Below, one piece after another: positions 21,601 to 31,429 of a stretch of 64,000 nt of DNA. The stretch lies in NCBI GenBank assembly GCA_963832165.1, contig CAWHTE010000007.1:896001-960000 (forward strand). Reading direction: 5' to 3'. The notes beneath the pieces were generated by a model. That model had not been told where the DNA came from. It saw only the letters and a list, made by a program, of their open reading frames with translations, and made no database searches. The stretch is from an uncultured delta proteobacterium (GTDB taxonomy: Bacteria > Myxococcota_A > UBA9160 > SMWR01). Each line of letters opens with the position of its first letter. Positions within the stretch are counted from its first letter, which is position 1. The position numbers and the translations under genes are program-made.

Positions 21601-22188
21601 ATGGCCGACACCACCTTCACCCGCATGCAGGACGCCACGCGCGAGGACTACCAGGTCATCGGCCGGCACAGCCTCGAGTTCTTCACGGGACTTCCGGATC
21701 GCTTGCTGCGCCACCTCGAGCTGCTCGACTCCGACACGGGCGGCTATGCCGTCACGCGGCTCACCCACAGTCTCCAGACCGCTACGCGCGCCGAGCGCGA
21801 CGGGCGCGACGAGGAGTACGTGGTCTGCGCGCTGCTGCACGACATCGGCGACACGCTCGCGAGCGCCAACCACTCCGAGCTCGCGGCGACGATCCTGCAG
21901 CCGTTCGTCTCGGAAGAGAATCACTGGATCGTGAAGCACCACGGCGTGTTCCAGGGCTACTACTTCTTCCACCACTTCGGCCTCGACCGCGATGCGCGCG
22001 AGGCGCACCGGGGTCACCCGTGGTTCGGCGAGTGCGCGGCGTTCTGCGCGCTCTACGACCAGAACAGCTTCGATCCCGAATTCGAGACGCTGCCGCTCGC
22101 GCACTTCGAGCCGATGGTGCGCAAGGTGTTCGCAGCCCCGAAGCAATCGATCTACGTAAACCCCTCGACCGGCCGGATGGGCCCGTAG
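21601..22188 (+). CDS. HD-domain metalloprotein (PhnZ-like)
   Basis: RBS GGAGG; HSLQTATRA, ALLHDIGD, NHSELAA, KHHG, YDQNSFDP. Confidence 0.82.
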   Translation: MADTTFTRMQDATREDYQVIGRHSLEFFTGLPDRLLRHLELLDSDTGGYAVTRLTHSLQTATRAERDGRDEEYVVCALLHDIGDTLASANHSELAATILQPFVSEENHWIVKHHGVFQGYYFFHHFGLDRDAREAHRGHPWFGECAAFCALYDQNSFDPEFETLPLAHFEPMVRKVFAAPKQSIYVNPSTGRMGP

Positions 22189-22351
22189 TCGCGGGGTTGG
22201 CCCGATCGTCCGACCCGCCGGTATGCGGACGTATTTCGATCGGGTGAAGGAGCATCCGGCCAATGGACAGGCCAGCGACCCGGCCGTTCGGGACGGGACC
22301 TCCGCTATTCTTACGTCCGCCGGGGTTCAGGAACGGCTGGAGTCCAGATAG

Positions 22352-22993
22352 TTGGCGACTACGCATCAGAAAGTCGAGCAGGGCGCGCGCAGCCGCGAGG
22401 CGCTGCTCGATGCCGCGATCGAGCTGATCTCGGAAGGCGGTTACACGGCCACGGGAGTCGACGCGATCGCGCGCCGGTCCGGCGTCGTGAAGAGCGCGCT
22501 CTACTGGCACTTCGGGAGCAAAGACGGCCTTCTGGTGGCCGCCCTCGAGCGCACCGCGCGCGAATGGGTCGCCGAATTCGAGGCGTCGGTGGTGCTCAAC
22601 GCCGCGCCAGAGCAGCGGCTCGAGAACCTGCTGAACCACGTGCGCACCCTGTTCTACGACCGCCCGGACCGGCTCCGGCTGCTGCTCTCGGCGCTGATCG
22701 AGCGCGGCCCCGACAACGAAGAGGTGCGCGAAGGCGTCGAGCGGATCATGGGCGTGTTGCGCGACGCGATCGCGGGCGGGATGAGTTTCCTGCCGATCCC
22801 GCAGGAACGCGTGCACGGTATCGCGACGCTTGCGTTCGAGACGCTCACGGGCGCGTTCTTCGACTACCTCTCGAACCCCAAACGCGAGATCTTCGAGCAG
22901 CGGCTCAAGGTGATCCGCAAGATGCTCGCGCTGTTCGTCGAGTACGAGATCAAGCACGCGAACCTGAACGACCGGTTCCGAGCTTCTTCTTGA
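22352..22993 (+). CDS. TetR/AcrR family transcriptional regulator
   Basis: SREALLDAAIELISEGGYTATGVDAIARRSGVVKSALYWHFGSKDGL. Confidence 0.9.
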   Translation: MATTHQKVEQGARSREALLDAAIELISEGGYTATGVDAIARRSGVVKSALYWHFGSKDGLLVAALERTAREWVAEFEASVVLNAAPEQRLENLLNHVRTLFYDRPDRLRLLLSALIERGPDNEEVREGVERIMGVLRDAIAGGMSFLPIPQERVHGIATLAFETLTGAFFDYLSNPKREIFEQRLKVIRKMLALFVEYEIKHANLNDRFRASS

Positions 22994-23019
22994 CACTTGC
23001 GCGCTGCGCCTGATAGAAG
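22990..23019 (+). promoter_or_regulatory. Putative sigma70 promoter for the acylase gene
   Basis: Perfect TTGACA (22990-22995), 18-nt spacer ending in TGA, then TAGAAG (extended -10-like). Confidence 0.45.
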
Positions 23020-23145
23020 CGCCAGCGAACCGATCGGTACGCTCACCGAGGGCTTCCCTCGGGGGGCACTCGAAGCGCGCCTTCGGTTTCCACGCACATG
23101 CTCGATCGGCTGCTGAGCCGGTTCTTCTCGGCGAAGGGGAACGGG

Positions 23146-26100
23146 ATGGCGCTCGCTCGCTTTCTGGTGTCGCGCTGCTGGATCTTCGGTCTAGCCCTCA
23201 CTGCAACTAACGCCTCCGCGCAGCAGTCCCCGCTCGTCGAACCGCCCGGCGCGAACGACTACCGCGGGACGGGCGGTGTCTACAACATCCTCCCGGCGGG
23301 GCAGAAGGGCGTCTTCAGCCTGCTCGAGGAGGTGCAGATGGCGACGGTCTGCGATCCCCTCGGCCTGATCCGGCCGTGCTCGCGCAACGAGGCCGACTAT
23401 CCCGCGTACACGATCGACCAGCTGCTCATGTACGACGGGCTCCTGCGAGGCGCGCCCACACTCACCCCCGCGACGATCACCGACTACTTCAAGGACGCCA
23501 CGTTCGGCGTGCCCGCGGACAAGATCGCGCGCGAATACTCGCCGGGTGGACTCGCGGGCGTCGTGGTGATTCGCGACGTCGACTTCAACGTGCCGCGCAT
23601 CTACGCGAACAGCCGCAACGATGCGATCTTCGCCACCGGCTATGTCTCCGCCGAAGACCGGCTCTTCCTCATGGATGTACTGCGCCACGTCGGTCGCGGC
23701 CGGATGTCCGAGTTCCTCGGGCCGAGCCCGAGCAATCTCGCGATGGATCGCGATACCTATCGCGTCACGGGCTACACGGAAGCCGAGCTGCAGCAGATGG
23801 TCGACAACCTCGACGACCAGTACGGCACCTACGGCGCGCTCACGCAGCAGGGATTCCAGGATTTTGCCGACGGCGTCAATCAGTACATCGCGGAAGCGCT
23901 GCTCGACCCGAGCAAGCTCCCCGGCGACTATGTGACGCTGCAGCAGGTGCCCCTGCCCTGGAAGCCCACCGACACCGTTGCGATAGCGAGCTTGATTACG
24001 GGCATCTTCGGTGTGGGCGGCGGCGGCGAGCTCGGCAACTGCAAGTTCCTGCAGGAGCTCCAGACCCGCTACGGCAACGCTGTGGTTGCGCGTCAGGTGT
24101 TCGAGGACTTCCAGCAGGACGACGACCCCGAGAAGCCGCGCACCACCGACAACTCGTTCCCCTATCTCGTGCAGGGTCCCGTCGATCCCGCCGCGGTGGC
24201 GTGCCCCGATGCCGGCACTCTGCAGGCGGCGCTCCAGGGCGCGACGAGGATCGGTAACGGCTCGGTCGACGGTCCGGGCGGGCCGATCCCGTTGGCCGCG
24301 AAGTCGGCCGCGTCGAACGCTCTGCTCGTCGGTGCGTCGCGTTCTGCGACCGGGTACCCGATCGCCGTGTTCGGACCGCAGGTGAGCTACTTCTCGCCGG
24401 AGATCCTGACCGAGATCGAGGTGCACGCGCCCGGCGAGCCCGGCAATCCGCTCGCTCCCGCGATCGACGCGCGCGGCGCGGCGTTCCCGGGCATCAGCCT
24501 GCTCGTGCTGCTCGGGCGCGGCCGCGACTTCTCGTGGAGCGCGACGAGCGCCGGCAGCGATCTCGTCGACGTCGTCGCGGCGCCGCTGTGCGAGCCGGAC
24601 GGCTCCACGCCGACGGTCGCCTCGCGTCACTACCTCTACCTGGGCCAGTGCCTGCCGATGTATCAGCGCACGGACGTCTGGATCGCGAAGCCCGGTGCCG
24701 GCGGCATTCCCGCGTTTCCGCCCGCGCTGCCGACGCCTCAGATTCCGCCGCTCACGCCGGATCTCCTGAGCGATCCGCTGTTCATCCTCGGCCCGCCCGA
24801 TCTGCTCACGGGCAACATCCTGGTCACCGCGAAGGTGCTGCGCACGTCGCACGGCCCCGTGCAGTCGTTTGCGACCGTGAACGGGCAGCCGGTGGCCTAC
24901 GTGCGCCAGCGCTCCACGTGGTTCCACGAGCCCGACGCGGCGCCGTCCTTCCTCAAGATGAACAGCCCCGATCTCGTGACCGACGCCGCGAGCTTCCAGC
25001 AGGCGATGGGTACGATCGCGAACTCGACGTTCAATTGGTTCTACGTCGACAGCAAGAACATCGCGTTCGAGGTATCGGGCAACTATCCGATCCGGGCCGC
25101 CGGCATCGACCACGATCTGCCCTACTTCGCGACCGGTCAGTGGGACTGGCAGAACTGGAACCCGGCGACATTGACCGCCGACCGCATGTCGCAGCCGCAG
25201 CTCCCGAAGGACATCGACCCCGCGAAGGGCTACATGACCTCGTGGAACAACGCGCAGGCGCCGGGCTGGAACGCCGCGGACGCGAACCTCTCGTACGGAT
25301 CGCTGCACCGCAGCCAGCCGCTCGACGATCGGATCCTCGCGGATTCGTCGATCACGCAGACCGAGCTCGTGCAGTACATGGAGGACGCGGGCACCGTCGA
25401 CCTGCGCGGCGACAAGGTCGTGCCCGTGATCGCGCAGCTGCTAGGCGCGGCCACTGGCGATGCGAACGCCGATCTCGGGCTCTCGGTGCTCACGGCCTGG
25501 AAGGCCGCAGGCGCGCACCGGCGCGACCTCGACGGCAACGGCGTCTATGACCACGCCGCGGCCGTCGCGCTGATGGACCGCTGGTGGGTCCCGCTCACCG
25601 ACGCGGTGTTCGACACGCTCGGCCCCGCAGTTCGCGCGTCGATGCCGCTCGGTCGTCACGACGCCCCGGGACCGATGGGCTCCTCGTTCATCGAAGGCTG
25701 GTACGGGATCGTGCACAAGGATCTGCGCGGCGCGATCGCGGGCGCGCCGATCGCGCCGTTCTCGCGCGTCTACTGCGGCAACGGTGTGCTCGCAGACTGC
25801 AAGACCGCCGTGCGCAACAGCCTCGCCGCGGCAGTGGCATCGCTGGGCCCGAATCCCGCGACGTGGGATGCGAACGAGGCCGGCGACCGCATCCAGCTCG
25901 CCGCGGCGGGAACCGCCTCGGTCCCCGACATGGACTGGGTGAACCGACCGACGTTCCAGCAGGTGGTGGAGTACCGGCTCGACGCACAGAGCCCGGACAC
26001 TGACGGCGACGGCCGCAACGACGACAACGACAACTGTCCGTTCGTGGCGAACCCCGGCCAGCAGGACACGGGTGGACTCACGACTACGACTCCGGACGGG

Positions 26101-26364
26101 ATCGGCAACGCATGCCAGTGCGGCGACGTGACCGGGAACGGAATCGTGAACGGCCAGGACGCCGCCGTGATCAAGCGCCACGCGCTCCACCTGGAGCCGA
26201 ACCCGCTATTCGCGGTGCCCGGAAACTGCGACGTCACGGGCAACGGCCAGTGCAACGGCCAGGACTCCAACTCCGTGAAGCGCGCTGCGCTCGGGTCGCC
26301 GGGGCCCACGTTCGGCCAGAACTGCCACAACGCCACGGGTGATCCGCTGCCGCCGGGCCTCTGA
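23146..26364 (+). CDS. Secreted penicillin acylase family (Ntn-hydrolase) with C-terminal TSP3 repeat and dockerin-like domain
   Basis: Signal peptide; VPRIYA, GYVSAEDRLFLMDVLR, catalytic SNALLVG, FNWFYVD, SWNN, NRPTFQQVV; tail DTDGDGRNDDNDNCP...CQCGDVTGNGIVNGQD...CDVTGNGQCNGQD. Confidence 0.85.
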   Translation: MALARFLVSRCWIFGLALTATNASAQQSPLVEPPGANDYRGTGGVYNILPAGQKGVFSLLEEVQMATVCDPLGLIRPCSRNEADYPAYTIDQLLMYDGLLRGAPTLTPATITDYFKDATFGVPADKIAREYSPGGLAGVVVIRDVDFNVPRIYANSRNDAIFATGYVSAEDRLFLMDVLRHVGRGRMSEFLGPSPSNLAMDRDTYRVTGYTEAELQQMVDNLDDQYGTYGALTQQGFQDFADGVNQYIAEALLDPSKLPGDYVTLQQVPLPWKPTDTVAIASLITGIFGVGGGGELGNCKFLQELQTRYGNAVVARQVFEDFQQDDDPEKPRTTDNSFPYLVQGPVDPAAVACPDAGTLQAALQGATRIGNGSVDGPGGPIPLAAKSAASNALLVGASRSATGYPIAVFGPQVSYFSPEILTEIEVHAPGEPGNPLAPAIDARGAAFPGISLLVLLGRGRDFSWSATSAGSDLVDVVAAPLCEPDGSTPTVASRHYLYLGQCLPMYQRTDVWIAKPGAGGIPAFPPALPTPQIPPLTPDLLSDPLFILGPPDLLTGNILVTAKVLRTSHGPVQSFATVNGQPVAYVRQRSTWFHEPDAAPSFLKMNSPDLVTDAASFQQAMGTIANSTFNWFYVDSKNIAFEVSGNYPIRAAGIDHDLPYFATGQWDWQNWNPATLTADRMSQPQLPKDIDPAKGYMTSWNNAQAPGWNAADANLSYGSLHRSQPLDDRILADSSITQTELVQYMEDAGTVDLRGDKVVPVIAQLLGAATGDANADLGLSVLTAWKAAGAHRRDLDGNGVYDHAAAVALMDRWWVPLTDAVFDTLGPAVRASMPLGRHDAPGPMGSSFIEGWYGIVHKDLRGAIAGAPIAPFSRVYCGNGVLADCKTAVRNSLAAAVASLGPNPATWDANEAGDRIQLAAAGTASVPDMDWVNRPTFQQVVEYRLDAQSPDTDGDGRNDDNDNCPFVANPGQQDTGGLTTTTPDGIGNACQCGDVTGNGIVNGQDAAVIKRHALHLEPNPLFAVPGNCDVTGNGQCNGQDSNSVKRAALGSPGPTFGQNCHNATGDPLPPGL

Positions 26365-26519
26365 GCGGACTCGTTGATTCGATCGACGAACTAGTTCGCC
26401 CCGGAAACTCGCGCGGGCAAGTAGTTGCGCGGGCAGGAGGGCGAATTTCACCCCATAATTTTCAACCAACGGTTGTTAACTTCGGGCGATAATCATCGTC
26501 CCCTTAGGAGGATCCCCCC

Positions 26520-28100
26520 ATGAAGCCTTCCGATCGCTCGCTCGAGATTGCCGTGCTCGGGCTCGGGCAGGCCGGCGCGAACATCGCTGCCGAGTTCCAG
26601 CGCCGCGGCTACCGCTCACTCGCGTTCAACACCGCACGGACCGATTTCACGTCGCTGGGCGCGACGCTGCCCGAATCGCAGCGGATCCACATCGGGCTCG
26701 AGGGCTCCAACGGCGCGGGCAGCGACGTCGAGCACGGGCGCGAGTGCATCGCGGCCAACGCCGACCGGATCAAGTCCCTGGTCTCGGAGCACGCTGCGCT
26801 CGCCGACGTCGTCGTGATCGCCGCGGGCCTCGGCGGTGGCGCCGGCTCGTGCGCGGCCGACCTCGTCGAGCTCGTCCGGGAGCTCGATTTCCCGATCCTG
26901 GTGCTCACCGCGCTTCCGCATCATCACGAAAGCGGAATCAACAAGGTGAACGCGCTCTGCGCGATTCGCGATCTCGCGCAGTTGCCCGGATTCGGCTGGG
27001 TGATGATCGACGACGCGAAGCTCGCGCGACTCCATCACGACGTTCCGATCAGCTCGTATTTCGAGACGATCAACCGCGACATCGTCGAGCCGCTCGACAC
27101 GTTCAACCGGCTCAACGACCGCGAGTCGATCGCGCCGATCCGCACCCTCGACGCGGAAGACCTCCGCACGCTGCTGCTCGCGGGTGGCATCCTGAACTAC
27201 CACTCGCGCGTGCTGCCGAAGCTCAGCGTCGATGCGGTGCTCGAGACGGTGCGCGTCTCGCTCGCAGAGAACCCGATCATGCCGAGCGGGTCCGATCTCG
27301 CGAACGCGGCCTACCTCGGGATCGTGATCGAGGCCTCCGAGCGCGCGCTCGCCGAGAGCCCGTTCTCGCTCTTCGAGGAAGTCGCGGAGCAGACCAAGCG
27401 CGAGACCGGTGGCGCGGCGGTGTACCTGGGCCTGTATCGCGCGCTCGGAGTCGACGACGCGTCGGCGACCGTGCGCATCCTCTCGTGCACGCCCGCGCTT
27501 CCGTCTTCGATCGGCGAGATGATGGCCGAGGCGCAGCGCGAGGCCGGCGCGATCCAGCAGAAGGCCACGCGCCACGTAGACGGGCTCGACCTCGGCGGCC
27601 TCGAGCGCCTGCGCCCGACGCCGGTTCCGCACGTCGCGCGCTCGCGCCGCGGCGGCGACGCGAACGCCGCAGCGCCGGCGCCCGTGACCGCGAAGAAGGC
27701 GGCGCGCGTCGCGAATGAGCCGGCTCCATCGGTAGCGGTGACCGAGCCGGCGCCGTCCGTGGCGTCGAATCCGCCGGCCGCGCGCGCGCCGGCCACCCAG
27801 GCCTCGTCGCGCAATGGCGATTCCGGGGCGACGCTGCCGTCGCGCGGGCGCTACGAGCGGCTCGCAAACGCGTTCCGCGAGGCCACCGAGGACGACAAGC
27901 GCTCCAAGATCGGGGGCGAGCTCGTGTCGGCGCTGCAATCGAATGAGGCGCTCGAGCGCTTCTACGCGGTCAACGCGATGTCGCGCGTGAATCCGGGCTA
28001 CTTCAAGGAAGCGCTGCGGAAGGCCGCGCGCGACGCGGACCGCCACGTGTCGGACCTCGCACGTCGAGCACTCGAGAAGCTCACGGTCGGGCGCGACTGA
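26520..28100 (+). CDS. Divergent tubulin/FtsZ-superfamily GTPase with Pro/Ala linker and C-terminal HEAT-like domain
   Basis: RBS AGGAGG; GLGQAGANIA, AFNTA, NGAGSDVEHG, AGLGGGAGS, LDAEDLRTLL; tail LERFYAVNAMSR...LRKAARDADRHVSDLARRALEKL. Confidence 0.85.
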   Translation: MKPSDRSLEIAVLGLGQAGANIAAEFQRRGYRSLAFNTARTDFTSLGATLPESQRIHIGLEGSNGAGSDVEHGRECIAANADRIKSLVSEHAALADVVVIAAGLGGGAGSCAADLVELVRELDFPILVLTALPHHHESGINKVNALCAIRDLAQLPGFGWVMIDDAKLARLHHDVPISSYFETINRDIVEPLDTFNRLNDRESIAPIRTLDAEDLRTLLLAGGILNYHSRVLPKLSVDAVLETVRVSLAENPIMPSGSDLANAAYLGIVIEASERALAESPFSLFEEVAEQTKRETGGAAVYLGLYRALGVDDASATVRILSCTPALPSSIGEMMAEAQREAGAIQQKATRHVDGLDLGGLERLRPTPVPHVARSRRGGDANAAAPAPVTAKKAARVANEPAPSVAVTEPAPSVASNPPAARAPATQASSRNGDSGATLPSRGRYERLANAFREATEDDKRSKIGGELVSALQSNEALERFYAVNAMSRVNPGYFKEALRKAARDADRHVSDLARRALEKLTVGRD

Positions 28101-28105
28101 ACGCG

Positions 28106-28777
28106 TTGAGAGCGCTGATCCACCTGGTTCCGCGCGCGGGCGCGGGCGATCGGTTCGCCTCGCGCATCGCGTCGCTCGTGCCCGAGCTGCGCGAGCGCGC
28201 GGCGGCGCGCGGTCTGGTCGTGAACGCGCTGCATCGGCTCGAGCGCGATGCGTTCGGCAAGCACACGCCGTATCGCGCCGCGCTCGAGCTCACGGGCGCG
28301 CAGCTCGTGCCCGATGAGGTGCTGGCCGTGGTCGGCGATCTGGGCCCGCGCATCGATGACGTCGCGCATCCCGATACGTCGACGCTGCTCATCGGCGCAG
28401 ACGCCGTGTTCGTGGCGCCCGCAGAGCGCTCGCCGGTCCGTTACCAGTACCTGATGCGCCGCAACGCGAGCTTCACGCACGCGGCCTATCTCGAGCGCTA
28501 CCGGACGATCCACTCGCGATTCGGCCTCGTGACGCCGGGCCACCAGGGCTACGTGCAGCTCCACGTCGATCCGGATGCGTCGCGGCGCACGGCCGTGCGC
28601 GCGGGTCTCGGGGTGTGGGGCTGTGACAGCGTGTCCGAGCTGCACCTCGAGTCGCAGGAGAAGTTCCTGCGTGCACTTGCGAAGTCGGGCTTTGGCAAGG
28701 AGCCGATCGAAGACGAGGAGGTCTTCGTCGACCGCGCGAGCTCGTTCGACCTGTGCTCGACGGTCGATTGGGGCTAG
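28106..28777 (+). CDS. EthD domain-containing protein
   Basis: YLMRRNASFTHAAYLERYRTIH, GYVQLHVD, DSVSELH, EDEEVFVDR. Confidence 0.7.
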   Translation: MRALIHLVPRAGAGDRFASRIASLVPELRERAAARGLVVNALHRLERDAFGKHTPYRAALELTGAQLVPDEVLAVVGDLGPRIDDVAHPDTSTLLIGADAVFVAPAERSPVRYQYLMRRNASFTHAAYLERYRTIHSRFGLVTPGHQGYVQLHVDPDASRRTAVRAGLGVWGCDSVSELHLESQEKFLRALAKSGFGKEPIEDEEVFVDRASSFDLCSTVDWG

Positions 28778-30222
28778 GCGCGCGGGCGATTCCGACCGAG
28801 CAGCGCGAGCAGCGCGATTCCAGCCGCGAGCGCGAGCCTTCCCGGCTCCGGCAGCGATGCGATCGCCTCCTCGACGTCCGCGCGCGGGAACGAGAGCCCG
28901 TTGCCCGGGTTCGTCACGAGCGGTCCGCTATCCGCGAGCGCGTTGCGGACCTCGTCGGGCGTGAGGGTCGGATCCGCGTCCAGGAGCAGCGCTGCCTCGG
29001 CCGCCGCGTACGGGCTCGCGGCCGAGGTTCCGCCGAACGAGGTCGTGAGGCCGCCGCCCACCGCGCTCGTCGCCGTGCGGTAGTCGGGAGCGAGGATGTC
29101 GAGCAGCGCGCCGCTGTTGGTATGGCAGACGAACACGTCGGGCGCGGTCGTACTGTCGGTGCATTCGGGAAATAGCGCACAGAGCGGAAGACCCAGGAGC
29201 ACCTCGCCGCACCAGGACACCGAGCCCACGTTCGCGTCGTAGACGCCGCCGACCGAGATCGCCTGTGCGACGCAGGCCGGAAACGAGATGCCCTGGTCGT
29301 GGCTCTCGTTCCCCGAGGCGACGAATACGGCGATGCCGGCCGCGTGCAGTCCGGCGATCGCATTCGCGGTGTTGCTGCCGGTGCACTGCCCCAGTGACGA
29401 GTTCGCGTACTGGCCGCCGTCGCCCAGACTCATGTTGACGACGCGCACGCCCGCTGCGGCGCCTCCGGGGCCGCTCTCGCTGAGCACCCAGTCCAGACCC
29501 GCGGCGATGTCGGAGAAAGTCCCACCGCCCGCGTTGTCGAGCACCTTGACCGCGACGATCTCGGCGCCCGGCGCCACGCCGAGCGGCGCTACGACACCCG
29601 CCGAAGTGATGATGCCCGAGACGCTCGTGCCGTGGCCCTGATCATCTTCGGCGCTGTCGTCCTCGTTCGACCCATCGGGGCAGCATCCCTGGCAGAAGCA
29701 GTGCTGGGCGGCGATGTCGTCGGCCAGGTCCGGGTGGTTGGTATCGATGCCCGTGTCGACCACGGCCACGCGCACGCCCGCCCCGGTATAGCCCTGGGTG
29801 TGAACCGCGGGGGCGCCGATCATGGCCGAGCCCTCGACCAGCCGGGCACGGACGCGCCCATCGAGCGACACCGCGGCGACGCGCGGATTCGCCAGGAGAG
29901 CGTGGATTCCCTGGGCCAGGGCACCGCCCGAGAGGCCCGCGATCGAGCGGTAGCGGCGCGTCACCGAGAACACACCCGCCGGCAGTGCCGACAGCAGGCC
30001 GTCCTGGAGCTCCGCCACGCGCGCGCTGCGGGCCGGACCCAGCGGCGGCAGCGAATCACCCTCCGCGAGCACCACCTCGATCTGCAGCCATTCGCCCGCG
30101 GTCGCCGCGGCGAGTGCGCGCTCGAGTGCGGGGTCGAGTCGAGCTCCGGGCTCGCTCCACCCCGGGTGCGCCAGCGAGAGGACGGCCGCGAACAGCACGA
30201 GCGAGCGGGGCAGGGGGCGCAA
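28774..30222 (-). CDS. Secreted S8 subtilase with propeptide and PEP-CTERM-like tail
   Basis: Triad VVDTGI / GHGTSVSG / GTSAASP, oxyanion ASGNE; C-terminus LPEPGRLALAAGIALLALLGRNRPRA. Start codon uncertain. Confidence 0.88.
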   Translation of the reverse strand: MRPLPRSLVLFAAVLSLAHPGWSEPGARLDPALERALAAATAGEWLQIEVVLAEGDSLPPLGPARSARVAELQDGLLSALPAGVFSVTRRYRSIAGLSGGALAQGIHALLANPRVAAVSLDGRVRARLVEGSAMIGAPAVHTQGYTGAGVRVAVVDTGIDTNHPDLADDIAAQHCFCQGCCPDGSNEDDSAEDDQGHGTSVSGIITSAGVVAPLGVAPGAEIVAVKVLDNAGGGTFSDIAAGLDWVLSESGPGGAAAGVRVVNMSLGDGGQYANSSLGQCTGSNTANAIAGLHAAGIAVFVASGNESHDQGISFPACVAQAISVGGVYDANVGSVSWCGEVLLGLPLCALFPECTDSTTAPDVFVCHTNSGALLDILAPDYRTATSAVGGGLTTSFGGTSAASPYAAAEAALLLDADPTLTPDEVRNALADSGPLVTNPGNGLSFPRADVEEAIASLPEPGRLALAAGIALLALLGRNRPRA

Positions 30223-30425
30223 GCGATCTCCAAGCGAAGCCACAACGACAGCCGAAAAATCCGATGTCTGCGCATCGTCCCATGGCGGGGGTCCGCAGCG
30301 CAACCCGTGCCGGAATAAGGATGGGTCCGAGCGCGCGGTCGGACGGGCACGAGCCCCGCAACATGTCGAGAAAGATTGACTAACCGGTGCTCAAGCTCGG
30401 AACGGGGCATGTCGCTACGGCGCAG

Positions 30426-31415
30426 ATGGCATTCCCTCATTCTCACGCCGTGCGGCGCGCCCTCGGCGCTTGCCTCGTGCTATGGGCCTCGCTCGCGAGC
30501 CCGGCCTGGGCCGCCGGCGCGCCCGCCAACACCGCGATCAACAACACCGCGACGGTGACCTTCACCGATCCGGATGGCCAGCCGCAGACGATCAACTCGA
30601 ACACGGCCACGCTGCGCGTCGACGAGCTGCTCGGCGTCGCGGTCGTGAGCAACGATGCGGGCAACGTCGGCGTTCTGTCTCCGGACGACGACGATGCGCT
30701 CTCGTTCACGATCACGAACCCCGGCAACGGATCGGAGGCGTTCGCGCTCGCTGCGAACGCGGCCCTCGGTGGCGATGAATACGACCCCACCGACGTCCGG
30801 ATCTTCCTCGATGACGGCGACGGCGTGTTCGAGCCCGCGCAGGACACGCTCTATGTGGTCGGCGTGAATGATCCCGTGCTCGCGCCGGACCAGTCGCTCG
30901 TCGTGTTCATCTCGGCAGACACCCCGGCGGGCCACGCCACGGGCGATACCGCTGCGGCCCAGCTCACGGCGACCGCGGTCACGGGCAGCGGGACACCGGG
31001 CACCACGTTCGCGGGGCAGGGCACCGGCGGCGTGGACGCCGTGGTCGGCGCGACCACGGCGACCGCAGATGCGCAGGGCACCTACTCGGTGTCCCAGACG
31101 CTCACGACGCTCTCCAAGAGCCAGACCATCGAGGACCCGTTCGGCGGCACCAGCCCGGTTCCGGGGGCCGTGATCACCTACACGATCACGATGACGCTCG
31201 CGGGCTCCGGCACGATCACGGGCGCGCAGATCGACGACTCGATTCCCAGCAACACGACCTACGTCCCGGGGAGTCTGCGCCTCGATGGCCTGCCGCTCAC
31301 CGATGCCGCGGACGTCGACGCCGGGCAGTTCACCGGCAGCGCGATCGCGGTGAGCCTGGGCGCCGTCACGGCTCCCGGCTCGCACACCGTGGAATTCCAG
31401 GTCCAGATCAACTGA
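30426..31415 (+). CDS. Secreted DUF11-repeat protein, putative pilin A
   Basis: Signal peptide (..SPAWA), then AGAPANTAINNTATVTF..INSNTATLRV; C-terminal DUF11 TLSKS..DPFG..VPGAVITY..IDDSIP..TVEFQVQIN. Confidence 0.75.
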   Translation: MAFPHSHAVRRALGACLVLWASLASPAWAAGAPANTAINNTATVTFTDPDGQPQTINSNTATLRVDELLGVAVVSNDAGNVGVLSPDDDDALSFTITNPGNGSEAFALAANAALGGDEYDPTDVRIFLDDGDGVFEPAQDTLYVVGVNDPVLAPDQSLVVFISADTPAGHATGDTAAAQLTATAVTGSGTPGTTFAGQGTGGVDAVVGATTATADAQGTYSVSQTLTTLSKSQTIEDPFGGTSPVPGAVITYTITMTLAGSGTITGAQIDDSIPSNTTYVPGSLRLDGLPLTDAADVDAGQFTGSAIAVSLGAVTAPGSHTVEFQVQIN

Positions 31416-31429
31416 GGAGGTCCGCGACC

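Noticed and set aside
27717..27764. EPAPSVA tandem duplication (27-bp period), and the PD/PQ repeats near 50395-50435
   Set aside because: Short coding linker repeats, not CRISPR or mobile-element repeats.
26520..28100. Calling the tubulin-like gene ftsZ
   Set aside because: No dcw context, no FtsZ C-terminal peptide, and non-FtsZ T1, T4 and T6 motifs.
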